Shown here in pieces: positions 18,138-27,325 of a stretch of DNA of 64,000 bases. The first letter of the stretch is position 1; each line of letters begins with the position of its first letter. Both the position numbers and the translations under genes were made by a program. The notes below the pieces were generated by a model that worked only from the letters and a program-made list of their open reading frames with translations, had not been told where the DNA came from and did no database searches. This stretch comes from an uncultured Bacteroidota bacterium (lineage in GTDB: Bacteria; Bacteroidota; Bacteroidia; Flavobacteriales_D; Crocinitomicaceae), in the NCBI GenBank assembly GCA_937899625.1, contig CALCCB010000083.1, positions 463 through 64,462 of the forward strand, read 5' to 3'.

Positions 18138-19148
18138 ATGAAAGTTATAGTTCCTATGGCGGGACGTGGAAGCCGCCTTCGACCACATACATTAACCATC
18201 CCAAAACCATTGGTTCCCGTGGGAGGTAAACCGATTGTTCACCGATTGGTAGAAGATATTGCGTCCGTGTGCAGTGAGAAGATCGATGAAATCGCTTTTG
18301 TCGTTGGACAATTTGGAGATGAGGCTGAAAAGGAGCTGATCGAAGTTGCTGCCAGTCTTGGCGCTAAAGGGTCGATCCATTACCAGGATAAACCGCTGGG
18401 TACTGCGCATGCAGTGCTTTGCGCAAAAGAAAAATTGGAAGGACCGGTCGTTGTAGCTTTCGCTGACACCCTATTCAAGGCAAACTTTAAGATCGATCCG
18501 AATGACGATGGAATTCTCTGGGTCAAGCAGATCGACGATCCAAGTGCATTTGGCGTGATCAAAATGAATGAGCAGGGAGAGATCATCGACTTTGTAGAAA
18601 AACCGAAAGAATTTGTTTCTGACCTGGCAATGATCGGAATATACTATTTCAAGGATGGAGCGCGTCTTCGTCAGGAATTAGAATATCTGATCGATAACAA
18701 CATCATCAAAGGAGGAGAATATCAGCTTCCGGATGGTTTGCGCCGTTTGACTGAGGCTGGCTATAAGTTTAAACCAGGAGAGGTGATCGAATGGCTGGAT
18801 TGCGGGAACAAAGAAGTTACTGTGCATACCAATAAGCGAGTTCTTGAATACGATGCAGAAAGAAATCGTTCAACGGTATCACCTACTGCAAAAATTATCG
18901 ACAGTGTAATCATTCAACCTTGCTATATTGGCGAAAACGCTGTGCTCGAAAGGTCAGTGATCGGACCACATGTTTCGGTTGGCGACAACACCAAGATTAC
19001 CGATTCAAATATTAAAAATTCCATCATTCAGCATAACACGACAATCAAACAACTGGTTGCTAAGGACTCGATGATCGGATCACATGCTGAGTACAAGGGT
19101 TTGGCTCGGGATTTGAGTATTAGCGACTATTCACAAATTTCTGAATGA
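18138..19148 (+). CDS. sugar-phosphate nucleotidyltransferase with a C-terminal left-handed beta-helix
   Basis: The start is chosen at MKVIVPMAGRGSRLRPHTLTIPKPL (G-x-G-t-R-l motif), which avoids overlap with dut. The C-terminus has hexapeptide-like repeats (SVIGPHVSVGDNTKITDSNIKNSII). Confidence 0.85.
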   Translation: MKVIVPMAGRGSRLRPHTLTIPKPLVPVGGKPIVHRLVEDIASVCSEKIDEIAFVVGQFGDEAEKELIEVAASLGAKGSIHYQDKPLGTAHAVLCAKEKLEGPVVVAFADTLFKANFKIDPNDDGILWVKQIDDPSAFGVIKMNEQGEIIDFVEKPKEFVSDLAMIGIYYFKDGARLRQELEYLIDNNIIKGGEYQLPDGLRRLTEAGYKFKPGEVIEWLDCGNKEVTVHTNKRVLEYDAERNRSTVSPTAKIIDSVIIQPCYIGENAVLERSVIGPHVSVGDNTKITDSNIKNSIIQHNTTIKQLVAKDSMIGSHAEYKGLARDLSISDYSQISE

Positions 19149-20848
19149 GATTTATTCTAATCATATCATTCTTTTCAATACTTGTTTCATGTGGGACAAC
19201 AAAGGAGAAGGTAACTAAAGACAGCAAACCGATTGACCCTGCTTACATCACTGCCTTTCATGAGGCGGTGAGATTAAAGACCGTAGGACAGATCAACGAA
19301 GCGATTGCTGCTTTTGAAAAATGCCTGACCTTAAAAGAGGATGATGATGCAGTATATTACGCTCTGTCACAACTTTACCTCATCAAGAACGACAGACTAA
19401 CTTCTGCCAATCATATTCGAAAAGCAGCCGAACTGGATCCAGATAATATCTGGTACACCCAGGAGCTTGCCTACATGTATTTTGAGTCGAGCAATTATAA
19501 CGAAGCTGTTAAGAATTTTGCAAAACTGATCAAGAAAGAACCAAGGAATGTTGATTGGTTGTACGGCTATGCCGAAGCACTTGTAAAGGCCGGCAAATAT
19601 GATGAGGCAATCAGTGCCTATAATAAAATGGAAGATCAGCTGGGTGTGTATCCAGAATTAAGTATCCAGAAATTTCAATTGTATGTTCAATTAAAGCAGG
19701 ATGCGAAAGGGATAGTAGAGATCGAAAACGCCCGTAAGAAATTCCCGCAGGATTCTCAGCTCATTGCAACCTTAGTTGATTATTATTTTCAGCGCGGTAA
19801 GGAAACAGAAGCAATCCAAATGCTGGAAGAGTTGTCGATCGCAGATCCAAAAAACGGAAGAGCAAATCTGGCGTTGGCAGATATCTATCGACAAAAAGGA
19901 GATCAGAAAAAAGCCTACGTCTTTTTGAAGAAAGCGTTTGAGTGTCCGGATGTAACACTTGACAATAAAATGCAGATCCTGATCAACATTCATGAAACTT
20001 CGTACAAAGTCGACCCCGAAGTATATGAATTGGTGGAAATGGTGCTGCGTGATCATCCCACAGATGCAAAATCCTATTCAATTAAAGGTGATTTTCTATT
20101 GCGCCAGGAAAAGGAAGATGAAGCACTTGCCGCTTATAAAATGGCATTGAAATATGATAAGACACAGTATCCGATCTGGAATCAGGTTTTAATCATGGAA
20201 TATCAGGCTTCAGATTTCAATAGCTTGTACAAGGACGCCAATGAATGTCTTGAATATTTTCCGACAATCACTACAGTGTATTTATTAAGTGGAGTTGCTT
20301 CAGTTCAGTTAAAACAATACCAGGAGGCGATCACGGTTTTAGAATCAGGCATTGAATTAGTGGTCTCTGATAAGTCAATGGAAGCTGAATTCAATGGTCA
20401 ACTTGGTGAAGCCTATTTTGGAGTGAAGGATCACATAAAAGGTAAAGCGTTTTACGAGAAAGCCTTGAAGCTTGATCCGAATAGCTCATTGATCAAAAAC
20501 AATTATGCATTTCGTTTGGCAATGAGCAAAACTGATCTAGAACGGGCGCTTGACATCATCAATGAAGTGGTCGCTCTTAATTCTCAGTCTCCTCATTTCC
20601 TTGACACAAAAGGAGTTGTGCTTTTCCAGATGACTCTATTTGAAGAAGCAAAATTATTTTTTGATAAAGCATATAAATTGAATCCCAACGATAAATTAAT
20701 CGTTGAACATCAGGGCGACGCACTTTACAAAACCGGGCAGAAAACAGAGGCAGTTGAGCTGTGGATCAAAGCGAAGGAGCTTGGCTCAACCAATAAAATG
20801 ATCGATAAAAAGATCGACAAAAAAGAATTTTATGAACCAGTATATTAA
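19145..20848 (+). CDS. TPR-repeat lipoprotein
   Basis: 567 aa with a lipobox LVSCG. Many 34-residue TPR-like repeats are present (A..YY.LS.LY, G.YDEAISAYNK, A..F.KA..L.PN). Confidence 0.8.
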   Translation: MRFILIISFFSILVSCGTTKEKVTKDSKPIDPAYITAFHEAVRLKTVGQINEAIAAFEKCLTLKEDDDAVYYALSQLYLIKNDRLTSANHIRKAAELDPDNIWYTQELAYMYFESSNYNEAVKNFAKLIKKEPRNVDWLYGYAEALVKAGKYDEAISAYNKMEDQLGVYPELSIQKFQLYVQLKQDAKGIVEIENARKKFPQDSQLIATLVDYYFQRGKETEAIQMLEELSIADPKNGRANLALADIYRQKGDQKKAYVFLKKAFECPDVTLDNKMQILINIHETSYKVDPEVYELVEMVLRDHPTDAKSYSIKGDFLLRQEKEDEALAAYKMALKYDKTQYPIWNQVLIMEYQASDFNSLYKDANECLEYFPTITTVYLLSGVASVQLKQYQEAITVLESGIELVVSDKSMEAEFNGQLGEAYFGVKDHIKGKAFYEKALKLDPNSSLIKNNYAFRLAMSKTDLERALDIINEVVALNSQSPHFLDTKGVVLFQMTLFEEAKLFFDKAYKLNPNDKLIVEHQGDALYKTGQKTEAVELWIKAKELGSTNKMIDKKIDKKEFYEPVY

Positions 20849-21644
20849 AGGTTTTACTGCTGTTATTTTCGGTCTGGTGCTTCTTAGCTCCTGTGCTAAA
20901 AAATTAACGGAAACAGAAAGAGTGAAACTTCCTAAAAAGAAGGCGACTGAATTGGTCAATATTCTTGATAGTATTAGTCATATCAAACCGAAGTACTTCT
21001 ACACGAAGATCACTACTCACGTTGAGGACACCAATAGAAATGTCAATTTTAAAACGTCCGTAAGAATGACTGCGGACAGTGCGATGAATGCTTTGATCAC
21101 CTATGCTTCCATTCCCATCGTAAACGCGATGATCACTACGGATAGCGTCATTATCACTAACAAAAGGGAAAAGTGTTACATCCGTCAGTCACTGGATTAT
21201 ATAAAGGAAAACTTCGCTATCGATTTCAATTTTTCAAATCTTGAAGAATTGATCCTGGGAATGCCTCTGGATTTCGATAGCACCCAAAAATACTTTATGG
21301 TGCATGATCCGTATAATTATATCATTTCCAGTCACAAGAAAAGAGACTTCAAAAAACTTGACCGCAGCGATAAAGAGGATGTTTTGATCAAATATTACCT
21401 GACTGATTCTTTAATGGGATTGAAGGGTATGTACATTGAAAGTCCTTCAGATACAGCAAGCATTAAAGTCGATTATCTTGTTAGAGAGAACGTCGATGGG
21501 TATGACGTTCCTCGAGAAGTCTTTATTCAGATCATTTCAGCACGAAATAACATGAGGATCAACATGTCCTACGAAAAGATCGAAGTTGACATTCCAAAAG
21601 AAATGATCCTGGTAATTCCTGATACGTATGAGCAGTGTAAATAA
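20832..21644 (+). CDS. DUF4292-like lipoprotein
   Basis: 270 aa with a lipobox LSSCA. It sits after the TPR gene and before the M23 gene, matching the conserved Bacteroidota dut-neighbourhood arrangement. The family call is from memory. Confidence 0.6.
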   Translation: MNQYIKGFTAVIFGLVLLSSCAKKLTETERVKLPKKKATELVNILDSISHIKPKYFYTKITTHVEDTNRNVNFKTSVRMTADSAMNALITYASIPIVNAMITTDSVIITNKREKCYIRQSLDYIKENFAIDFNFSNLEELILGMPLDFDSTQKYFMVHDPYNYIISSHKKRDFKKLDRSDKEDVLIKYYLTDSLMGLKGMYIESPSDTASIKVDYLVRENVDGYDVPREVFIQIISARNNMRINMSYEKIEVDIPKEMILVIPDTYEQCK

Positions 21645-22914
21645 GTTCATATTATTTGTTTCAATTCTGATCAGTAGTTCTGTTCTGTACGGGCAGACCA
21701 GTGAGAAGCTGAAGAAGGAGCAACAGAAGCTCGAAAAGAAGATCTCCAATACCAAAAGTCTTCTGAGTAAAATGAAGAACAACACTGAAGCTTCGCTTAA
21801 TGAATTGAAAGTGATCGAAAATCAGATCACCTACCGAGAAGAATTGGTTCGGAATTTCGACAACCAGATCAGAGGCGCCCAGGTCAGGATAGCAGAAAAA
21901 GATCAGGAGATCGTTCAGATGAATGAGAAATTGACTCGATTGAAGGATCAATACAAACGTTTACTAATCTATGCTTACAAGCATCGCAACAAATACGGGC
22001 AGTTGATGTACATCTTTTCTTCTGATAATTATTACGAAGCTATTAAACGAAATAAGTATCTGGAAAGGGTTTCGGAAATGCAACAGAAACAATTTCTGAT
22101 CATTCGTCAGCATCAGAAAATGATCAAACAGGAAATTGAAAGTATTGAGAAGGAAAGAACCTTTAAAATGGCACTTCTGAATGAGAAAAAGGTAGAAAAA
22201 GAACAGATCTCTCAGGACAAGGTCCGTCAGGAAAAAGTCTATCAAAAATTCAAAAAGGAAGAAGAGAAATTATATGCTCAGCTAAAAGAGGATGAGCGCA
22301 AAAAGGAAGTACTCAAAGCTCAGATCTCTGCAGCTATTCAGAAGGAGATCGCTGAGGCTGAAGCGAAAAGAAGAAAAGCTGAGGAAGAAGCGCGAAAAAA
22401 GAGTAATTCCGCTTCCACGACAGGAACTTCTACTGCATCAACCAGTAAAACCATCGAGTTTTCAGAAACCAAAGAGAGCATTGCATTGGGCAAGAGTTTT
22501 GAAAGTAACAAAGGAAAACTCCCTTGGCCAGTTGAAAAAGGAAGTATTACAGAAGGATTCGGAAAGAACCCACACCCAACATTAGCCAATGTCGTAACGA
22601 ATAATAACGGGATCGATATCAGTACGTCCAAAAATTCTCAGGTACGTGCTGTGTTTGAAGGTGAAGTGACCAGCGTTCTGAATATTCCGGGTGCAGGTAA
22701 AGTGGTGATCATAAAACATGGTAGCTATCGTACTGTTTACAGTAATCTTCAGGACACCTACGTAAAATCAGGCTCCAAGGTAAGTACAAAGCAAGCGATT
22801 GGATCTGCTTTGGTGAAGGAAGGGAGTGCTGTATCTGTTGTCCATTTCGAAATACATCAGGTGGTAGGAACCGCGGTTCAATGTCTTAATCCAAGTCTAT
22901 GGGTAGCCAACTAA
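21628..22914 (+). CDS. M23-family peptidoglycan metalloendopeptidase with an N-terminal coiled coil (EnvC-like)
   Basis: 428 aa. A long K/E/Q-rich coiled-coil region is followed by an S/T linker (NSASTTGTSTASTS). The LytM-type C-terminus reads NNGIDIST...VFEGEVT...GAGKVVIIKHG.YRTVYSNL...VHFEIH. Confidence 0.85.
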   Translation: MSSVNKFILFVSILISSSVLYGQTSEKLKKEQQKLEKKISNTKSLLSKMKNNTEASLNELKVIENQITYREELVRNFDNQIRGAQVRIAEKDQEIVQMNEKLTRLKDQYKRLLIYAYKHRNKYGQLMYIFSSDNYYEAIKRNKYLERVSEMQQKQFLIIRQHQKMIKQEIESIEKERTFKMALLNEKKVEKEQISQDKVRQEKVYQKFKKEEEKLYAQLKEDERKKEVLKAQISAAIQKEIAEAEAKRRKAEEEARKKSNSASTTGTSTASTSKTIEFSETKESIALGKSFESNKGKLPWPVEKGSITEGFGKNPHPTLANVVTNNNGIDISTSKNSQVRAVFEGEVTSVLNIPGAGKVVIIKHGSYRTVYSNLQDTYVKSGSKVSTKQAIGSALVKEGSAVSVVHFEIHQVVGTAVQCLNPSLWVAN

Positions 22915-23855
22915 AAAGATCAACACTTTTTTGTTTTATCTTGTTCGTTGCATCCTTTTCAATAGCACAGGATACACTGAACATTTGTTCGTTCAACATT
23001 CAATTTCTTGGTCATTTTAAGGATAGAAATAATGAATTTCTGGCGGAGGTTCTTTCACCCTTTGACATCGTTGTGATCCAAGAAATGGTAGCTCCACCGA
23101 TAGATGGAGTTTACCCAAATGGATTAGCCTACAAACAAGATTTGGAGAGTGCTTCTTTCCTTAAGGAAATGACCGAGCAAGGATTCCAGTATTGGCTTTC
23201 TGAAGAAGATACAGGTCCTTCCCGAAATCATCTTGCGTCTACTGCCAGTGAATGGTGGATCTCCTTTTATCGACCGGATAAAGTAATTCCGGATTCGAGC
23301 AGAGCCTACGGATTTCTAAGTAAAATTAGGGCAGGGAATCCAACTTTCGAGCGTGTTCCTTATGCATTCCCTTTTTCCTCAATTGATGGAAGTTCAAACT
23401 TTACGTTGATCTCGACACACTTAAGACCGGGTGATGGTAGTGAGGATATCAAAAAGAGAAATCAGGAGATCAATGGTGTGGTTGACTGGATCAAAAGGCA
23501 AACTGAATCAAACCGAGATTACTATTTACTGGGTGATTGCAACATTTATACTCAGAGTGAATTAAAACCCTTTAGTGAAATTGAATTCAATTCATTGAAT
23601 AGCGATTTTCATAGCACAAATACGAAAATGTACGAGGACATCTCTAAAGGAAAAGCTTATGATCACGTGTTCCATACGAAACACTGTGCCGAAGATATCC
23701 TCCCGTCAAGTTTTACTGTGGTCGATCTTTTTGGTTTGGTGCAGAAAGCAGGTATGACATATACTCCCTACAACCATGATCAGTTCAGAACTGCGTTTTC
23801 TGATCATGTTCCGATATCTTATCAGATCGTCACCGGGAAGGATTCAGACCTTTGA
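22899..23855 (+). CDS. secreted endonuclease/exonuclease/phosphatase (EEP) family protein
   Basis: 318 aa with a signal peptide. Motifs are LNICSFNIQFLG, DIVVIQEM, GDCN and a C-terminal SDHVPI, which resemble EEP catalytic motifs. Confidence 0.75.
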   Translation: MGSQLKRSTLFCFILFVASFSIAQDTLNICSFNIQFLGHFKDRNNEFLAEVLSPFDIVVIQEMVAPPIDGVYPNGLAYKQDLESASFLKEMTEQGFQYWLSEEDTGPSRNHLASTASEWWISFYRPDKVIPDSSRAYGFLSKIRAGNPTFERVPYAFPFSSIDGSSNFTLISTHLRPGDGSEDIKKRNQEINGVVDWIKRQTESNRDYYLLGDCNIYTQSELKPFSEIEFNSLNSDFHSTNTKMYEDISKGKAYDHVFHTKHCAEDILPSSFTVVDLFGLVQKAGMTYTPYNHDQFRTAFSDHVPISYQIVTGKDSDL

Positions 23856-25274
23856 TCTATTTAAACGAAGCTCCAAAGCGATAAATGCCGCACACATTCC
23901 CCAAACCGGAATCGCAGCTTTATCCGTATCGAGAAAGTTGTTCAGAAACCCATGCACAAAATAAGTCACCAAAGAAAGGATCATTGACATGATGATTGTC
24001 TTGAACTCTATGTCTTCAGAAGGCCATGCATAATAAAGTGAAATTCCTTTGTAAAAGATCATCACCACAATGAGGATCATGGCAAGCATGCCTACCAATC
24101 CCATTTCGGCTAATGGTCCAAGATATTCACTGTGAGCATTCCCTAGATCACCGAAGTTGGTGGAGATGATCGTTAAATTCTCGGGTTCTTGAAACGGTGC
24201 GTATTCAAAGGCATAGGTTCCAGGACCATACCCAAACACAGGTCTTTCCTGAAACATAGCAATGGCGCAAGACCAGCGATTCAATCGCTCCAGGTTGGAG
24301 GCGTCTGTAGTTACATTGGTCGCACTCTGCAAACGCTCGCCAAAATCTTCAGTCGTATGCTCGTACTTGTTTCTGGCAAGCTCCATTTGAATATTATCCC
24401 AGGAAAAAAACAGGATCCCTCCTGCAACCATGGCTATTCCTACCACCCAAGAATAGTGAATTCTGATTTTGATCAGCACCCAAACTCCCAATGCAGCCAT
24501 CACACTTAACCAAGCTGCTCTTGTATAGGAGAAATACAAGCCCAGTAGAATGATTCCTATAAAGGCAATCAGCAGGGCCTGGATCAATGGATTATGCTTT
24601 TTCGAGAAATAAAGTCCGAAGACGATCGGTACGATCAAGGCTACAATTGCACCATAGATCGTATGGTCCTTAAAGAATGGCCACATCACCCAGTGCCCCT
24701 CTTTTTCTCCAAAACGGTACTGAGCGTGTACGACCAGTGTATAGGTGATCACAATGGTCATTCCAGCCGTGAACAGCCACAAAAAATACTTGATGTGTTC
24801 GGCTTTTCTGAAGAAATAAGTCCCCATCACTAAAACAGGAATAAAGAACCACAGACGCGAAACAAAGAACTTTAGAGAAACGACCGGGTGAGAACTCGTT
24901 ATTAAGGTAACAACCACCCAGAAGAGATAAAAGCCGGCCGCCAATATGATCGGATGATTCCAAACTTGAGGATCAATGATCGGCTTTCGGATCTGCAATA
25001 AAATGAACATTAATAGAAACCCAAAAAGGATTGGTTCTGTTGGAATGAATAATCCAAAACTATCCGTAAACTCTTCAATATTGACAGATAGCGGAGTCAA
25101 TGCTGCGAGGCCCAAAAACGCCCAATCTGTATAGTAAATGGCTAAATACATCGCCAGCAGTGCAATCGGGAAAAGACTCAGATAAGCCTGATCATTCCAT
25201 GTAAAATAAATGGAAAGAAAAATGTACAAAATGCCCGAAAAGAGCAGAAGGATATTTTCTCTCAGAAAAGTCAT
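23844..25274 (-). CDS. O-antigen ligase / Wzy-like polymerase family membrane protein
   Basis: 476 aa, polytopic. It has a YSYTRAAWLS motif and a periplasmic loop typical of the Wzy_C family. It overlaps the EEP gene 3' end by 12 bp (convergent). Confidence 0.75.
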   Translation of the reverse strand: MTFLRENILLLFSGILYIFLSIYFTWNDQAYLSLFPIALLAMYLAIYYTDWAFLGLAALTPLSVNIEEFTDSFGLFIPTEPILFGFLLMFILLQIRKPIIDPQVWNHPIILAAGFYLFWVVVTLITSSHPVVSLKFFVSRLWFFIPVLVMGTYFFRKAEHIKYFLWLFTAGMTIVITYTLVVHAQYRFGEKEGHWVMWPFFKDHTIYGAIVALIVPIVFGLYFSKKHNPLIQALLIAFIGIILLGLYFSYTRAAWLSVMAALGVWVLIKIRIHYSWVVGIAMVAGGILFFSWDNIQMELARNKYEHTTEDFGERLQSATNVTTDASNLERLNRWSCAIAMFQERPVFGYGPGTYAFEYAPFQEPENLTIISTNFGDLGNAHSEYLGPLAEMGLVGMLAMILIVVMIFYKGISLYYAWPSEDIEFKTIIMSMILSLVTYFVHGFLNNFLDTDKAAIPVWGMCAAFIALELRLNRSKV

Positions 25275-25277
25275 CGA

Positions 25278-26273
25278 TTAGGCTACCTGACGTAATTCGT
25301 CAATTTTCTCCTTGATCAAAAGACCGAATACCATGAACACCATTGCTCCTATTGTAGATAAAAGAACAATGATCATGCGCTTAGGCTTATCTTTTTTATC
25401 TGCAACAACAGCCCTTTCTACGACGAATTTGTGATTGAAGATGGTGTTCGCGTCTGATTCTGCTTGTTCGTAGGACTCCATGAAATCTTCCAGTTTTACG
25501 ATTTTCTCATTACGAATGTATTCCAGTCCGTCAAACTCTGCTCCGTGTTGCATATTGATATCGATCGCTTTTTTGATCTCTGCTTTTTCCTGTTGATTCT
25601 TCGCATCCACATAGGCCTGGTATAGGTTCGCACGACCATCCAAAGGAACTACTCCAAGGCTTGCTAATGAATCCAGTTTTCTCAAGACTTCAGTCCTGTC
25701 GATCTCCATTTGCTCTTTCTTTCTCTTATTGATCTCAAACGCAGGAAGAGTTCGCTCTGCAACCATGTTATTCTTCACTGTATCGATCAAATCAACAATC
25801 TTATTGGCCATGTCTGCAGCCATAACCGGATCTTCATCCAATACATCGATCTGAATAGAACCATATCGGGTTCTTACAAAGAAGAAGTGGTTTTCATATT
25901 CCTTAACCAGCTTATAATGTTTGTTTTTATCGTCTGGAGCGATGTCATAGTGAGCCATCAGATCGAACTGCTCCACGATCTTATCACGGATCCGTGAAGA
26001 TGAGAGGATCTGCACCAATTGCTCTGCTTGCTCTTCTTCTCCAAAATCCATCGACGCTGCTTTTGCATTTCTTTGCTCAGAAAAGGAAACGGTACTTGTT
26101 GCTGCAGGGAATACAACCGCCGTTGAACGATACAACGGGGTTAATAAAAATGATACGATCACTGAGATCACAGCAGCAACACCGGTAACAATTCCAATGA
26201 TCTTTCTTCTTTTCCAGATAAAAACCAATAGGTTTTGACGTTGCTCATCCAAAGGATTATTCTGTTCAGTCAT
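25278..26273 (-). CDS. Wzz-like polysaccharide chain-length determinant (PCP) protein
   Basis: 331 aa. An N-terminal TM segment is followed by PLYRSTAVVFP, then a coiled-coil periplasmic region, then a C-terminal TM segment (IIVLLSTIGAMVFMVFGLLI). Confidence 0.7.
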   Translation of the reverse strand: MTEQNNPLDEQRQNLLVFIWKRRKIIGIVTGVAAVISVIVSFLLTPLYRSTAVVFPAATSTVSFSEQRNAKAASMDFGEEEQAEQLVQILSSSRIRDKIVEQFDLMAHYDIAPDDKNKHYKLVKEYENHFFFVRTRYGSIQIDVLDEDPVMAADMANKIVDLIDTVKNNMVAERTLPAFEINKRKKEQMEIDRTEVLRKLDSLASLGVVPLDGRANLYQAYVDAKNQQEKAEIKKAIDINMQHGAEFDGLEYIRNEKIVKLEDFMESYEQAESDANTIFNHKFVVERAVVADKKDKPKRMIIVLLSTIGAMVFMVFGLLIKEKIDELRQVA

Positions 26274-26446
26274 TCTGTTCTCAATTTAAGCAGTGCGAAT
26301 TTACGTTTTTTGGGCGGAACCCGTTGCAATAACTGAAAACTGAGTCGTTTATTTTACTTCTGTGAAGAAGAGTGTTAACAGTTTGCAATCGTGTACCTGA
26401 AACCAATTCTCAGGAAAGACTTATTTTTGAGAACAAAGTCTTTTTT

Positions 26447-27325
26447 ATGCGCCACTTTCTATTAGCCATTATCTCTGTTATCTCATTTACTGGATTTTCA
26501 CAACAGGAACCTTTATTTTCTCAGTTCTGGAATGCAAAGACCTACTACAATCCGGCGACAACGGGTATGTACTACAAGCATTTAAGTACGACAATAGGGA
26601 GATGGCAGGATGTAGGAGTAGATGGCGCTCCGGTTACCCAATTGTTAGGATACGCTATTAACCTTAAAAAATTACATGGTGGACTAGGATTTACCTACAT
26701 GCATGATTACATCGGTAATTCAGTATTTAACAAGACTAAATTCAACTACAGCTATCACATTGCATTAAAGAATGGTGGAACTTTAAGCTTAGGTGCTGCT
26801 GCCGGATTCAACTCATTTCAATACGATGGAGAAATAATTCCTCCAACGACTTCTACAGATCCCACAATAAACATCGAAGATGGTATTGGTTTCACAGGTG
26901 ATCTTGGGATCGTTTACAGCTCTAAAAAAATGAATTTCGCGTTGAGCACAACTCAACTTACTTCATCGCGACTAGGTAGTTTTGAGGAATCACCTCATGT
27001 TGTTCTAATGACCGATTATATTTTTGGTAAAGAAGATGGACTGCAGTTAAAACCACAAGTCTTCGTTATCTCCGACTTAGTGAAGGTCAATGCAGATATT
27101 AATGCTCAACTACTTTGGAAGCAAAAGATAGGGGCAGGAATCACTTACAAAACCACAGAAAATATCAGTTTTTCAGTGAACTGGGATATTCTAAAGAAAT
27201 TCAGAGTGGGATATGCGTATGATTTCGCAGCAAGTGCTTTGTCTGGCATATCGAAGGGATCGCACACAGGATTTTTTGGACTAGTGTTTAAAGAAGCAAA
27301 AGAAAGAGTCCCTAAAAAGAAGTGA
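26447..27325 (+). CDS. PorP/SprF-family type IX secretion system membrane protein (no adjacent cargo gene)
   Basis: The start is chosen at MRHFLLAIISVISFTGFSQQEPLFSQFWNAKTYYNPATTG (ATG at 26447). This is the same signal-peptide + QQEP.F.Q...NPA layout as the ORFs at 280 and 46274. Confidence 0.8.
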   Translation: MRHFLLAIISVISFTGFSQQEPLFSQFWNAKTYYNPATTGMYYKHLSTTIGRWQDVGVDGAPVTQLLGYAINLKKLHGGLGFTYMHDYIGNSVFNKTKFNYSYHIALKNGGTLSLGAAAGFNSFQYDGEIIPPTTSTDPTINIEDGIGFTGDLGIVYSSKKMNFALSTTQLTSSRLGSFEESPHVVLMTDYIFGKEDGLQLKPQVFVISDLVKVNADINAQLLWKQKIGAGITYKTTENISFSVNWDILKKFRVGYAYDFAASALSGISKGSHTGFFGLVFKEAKERVPKKK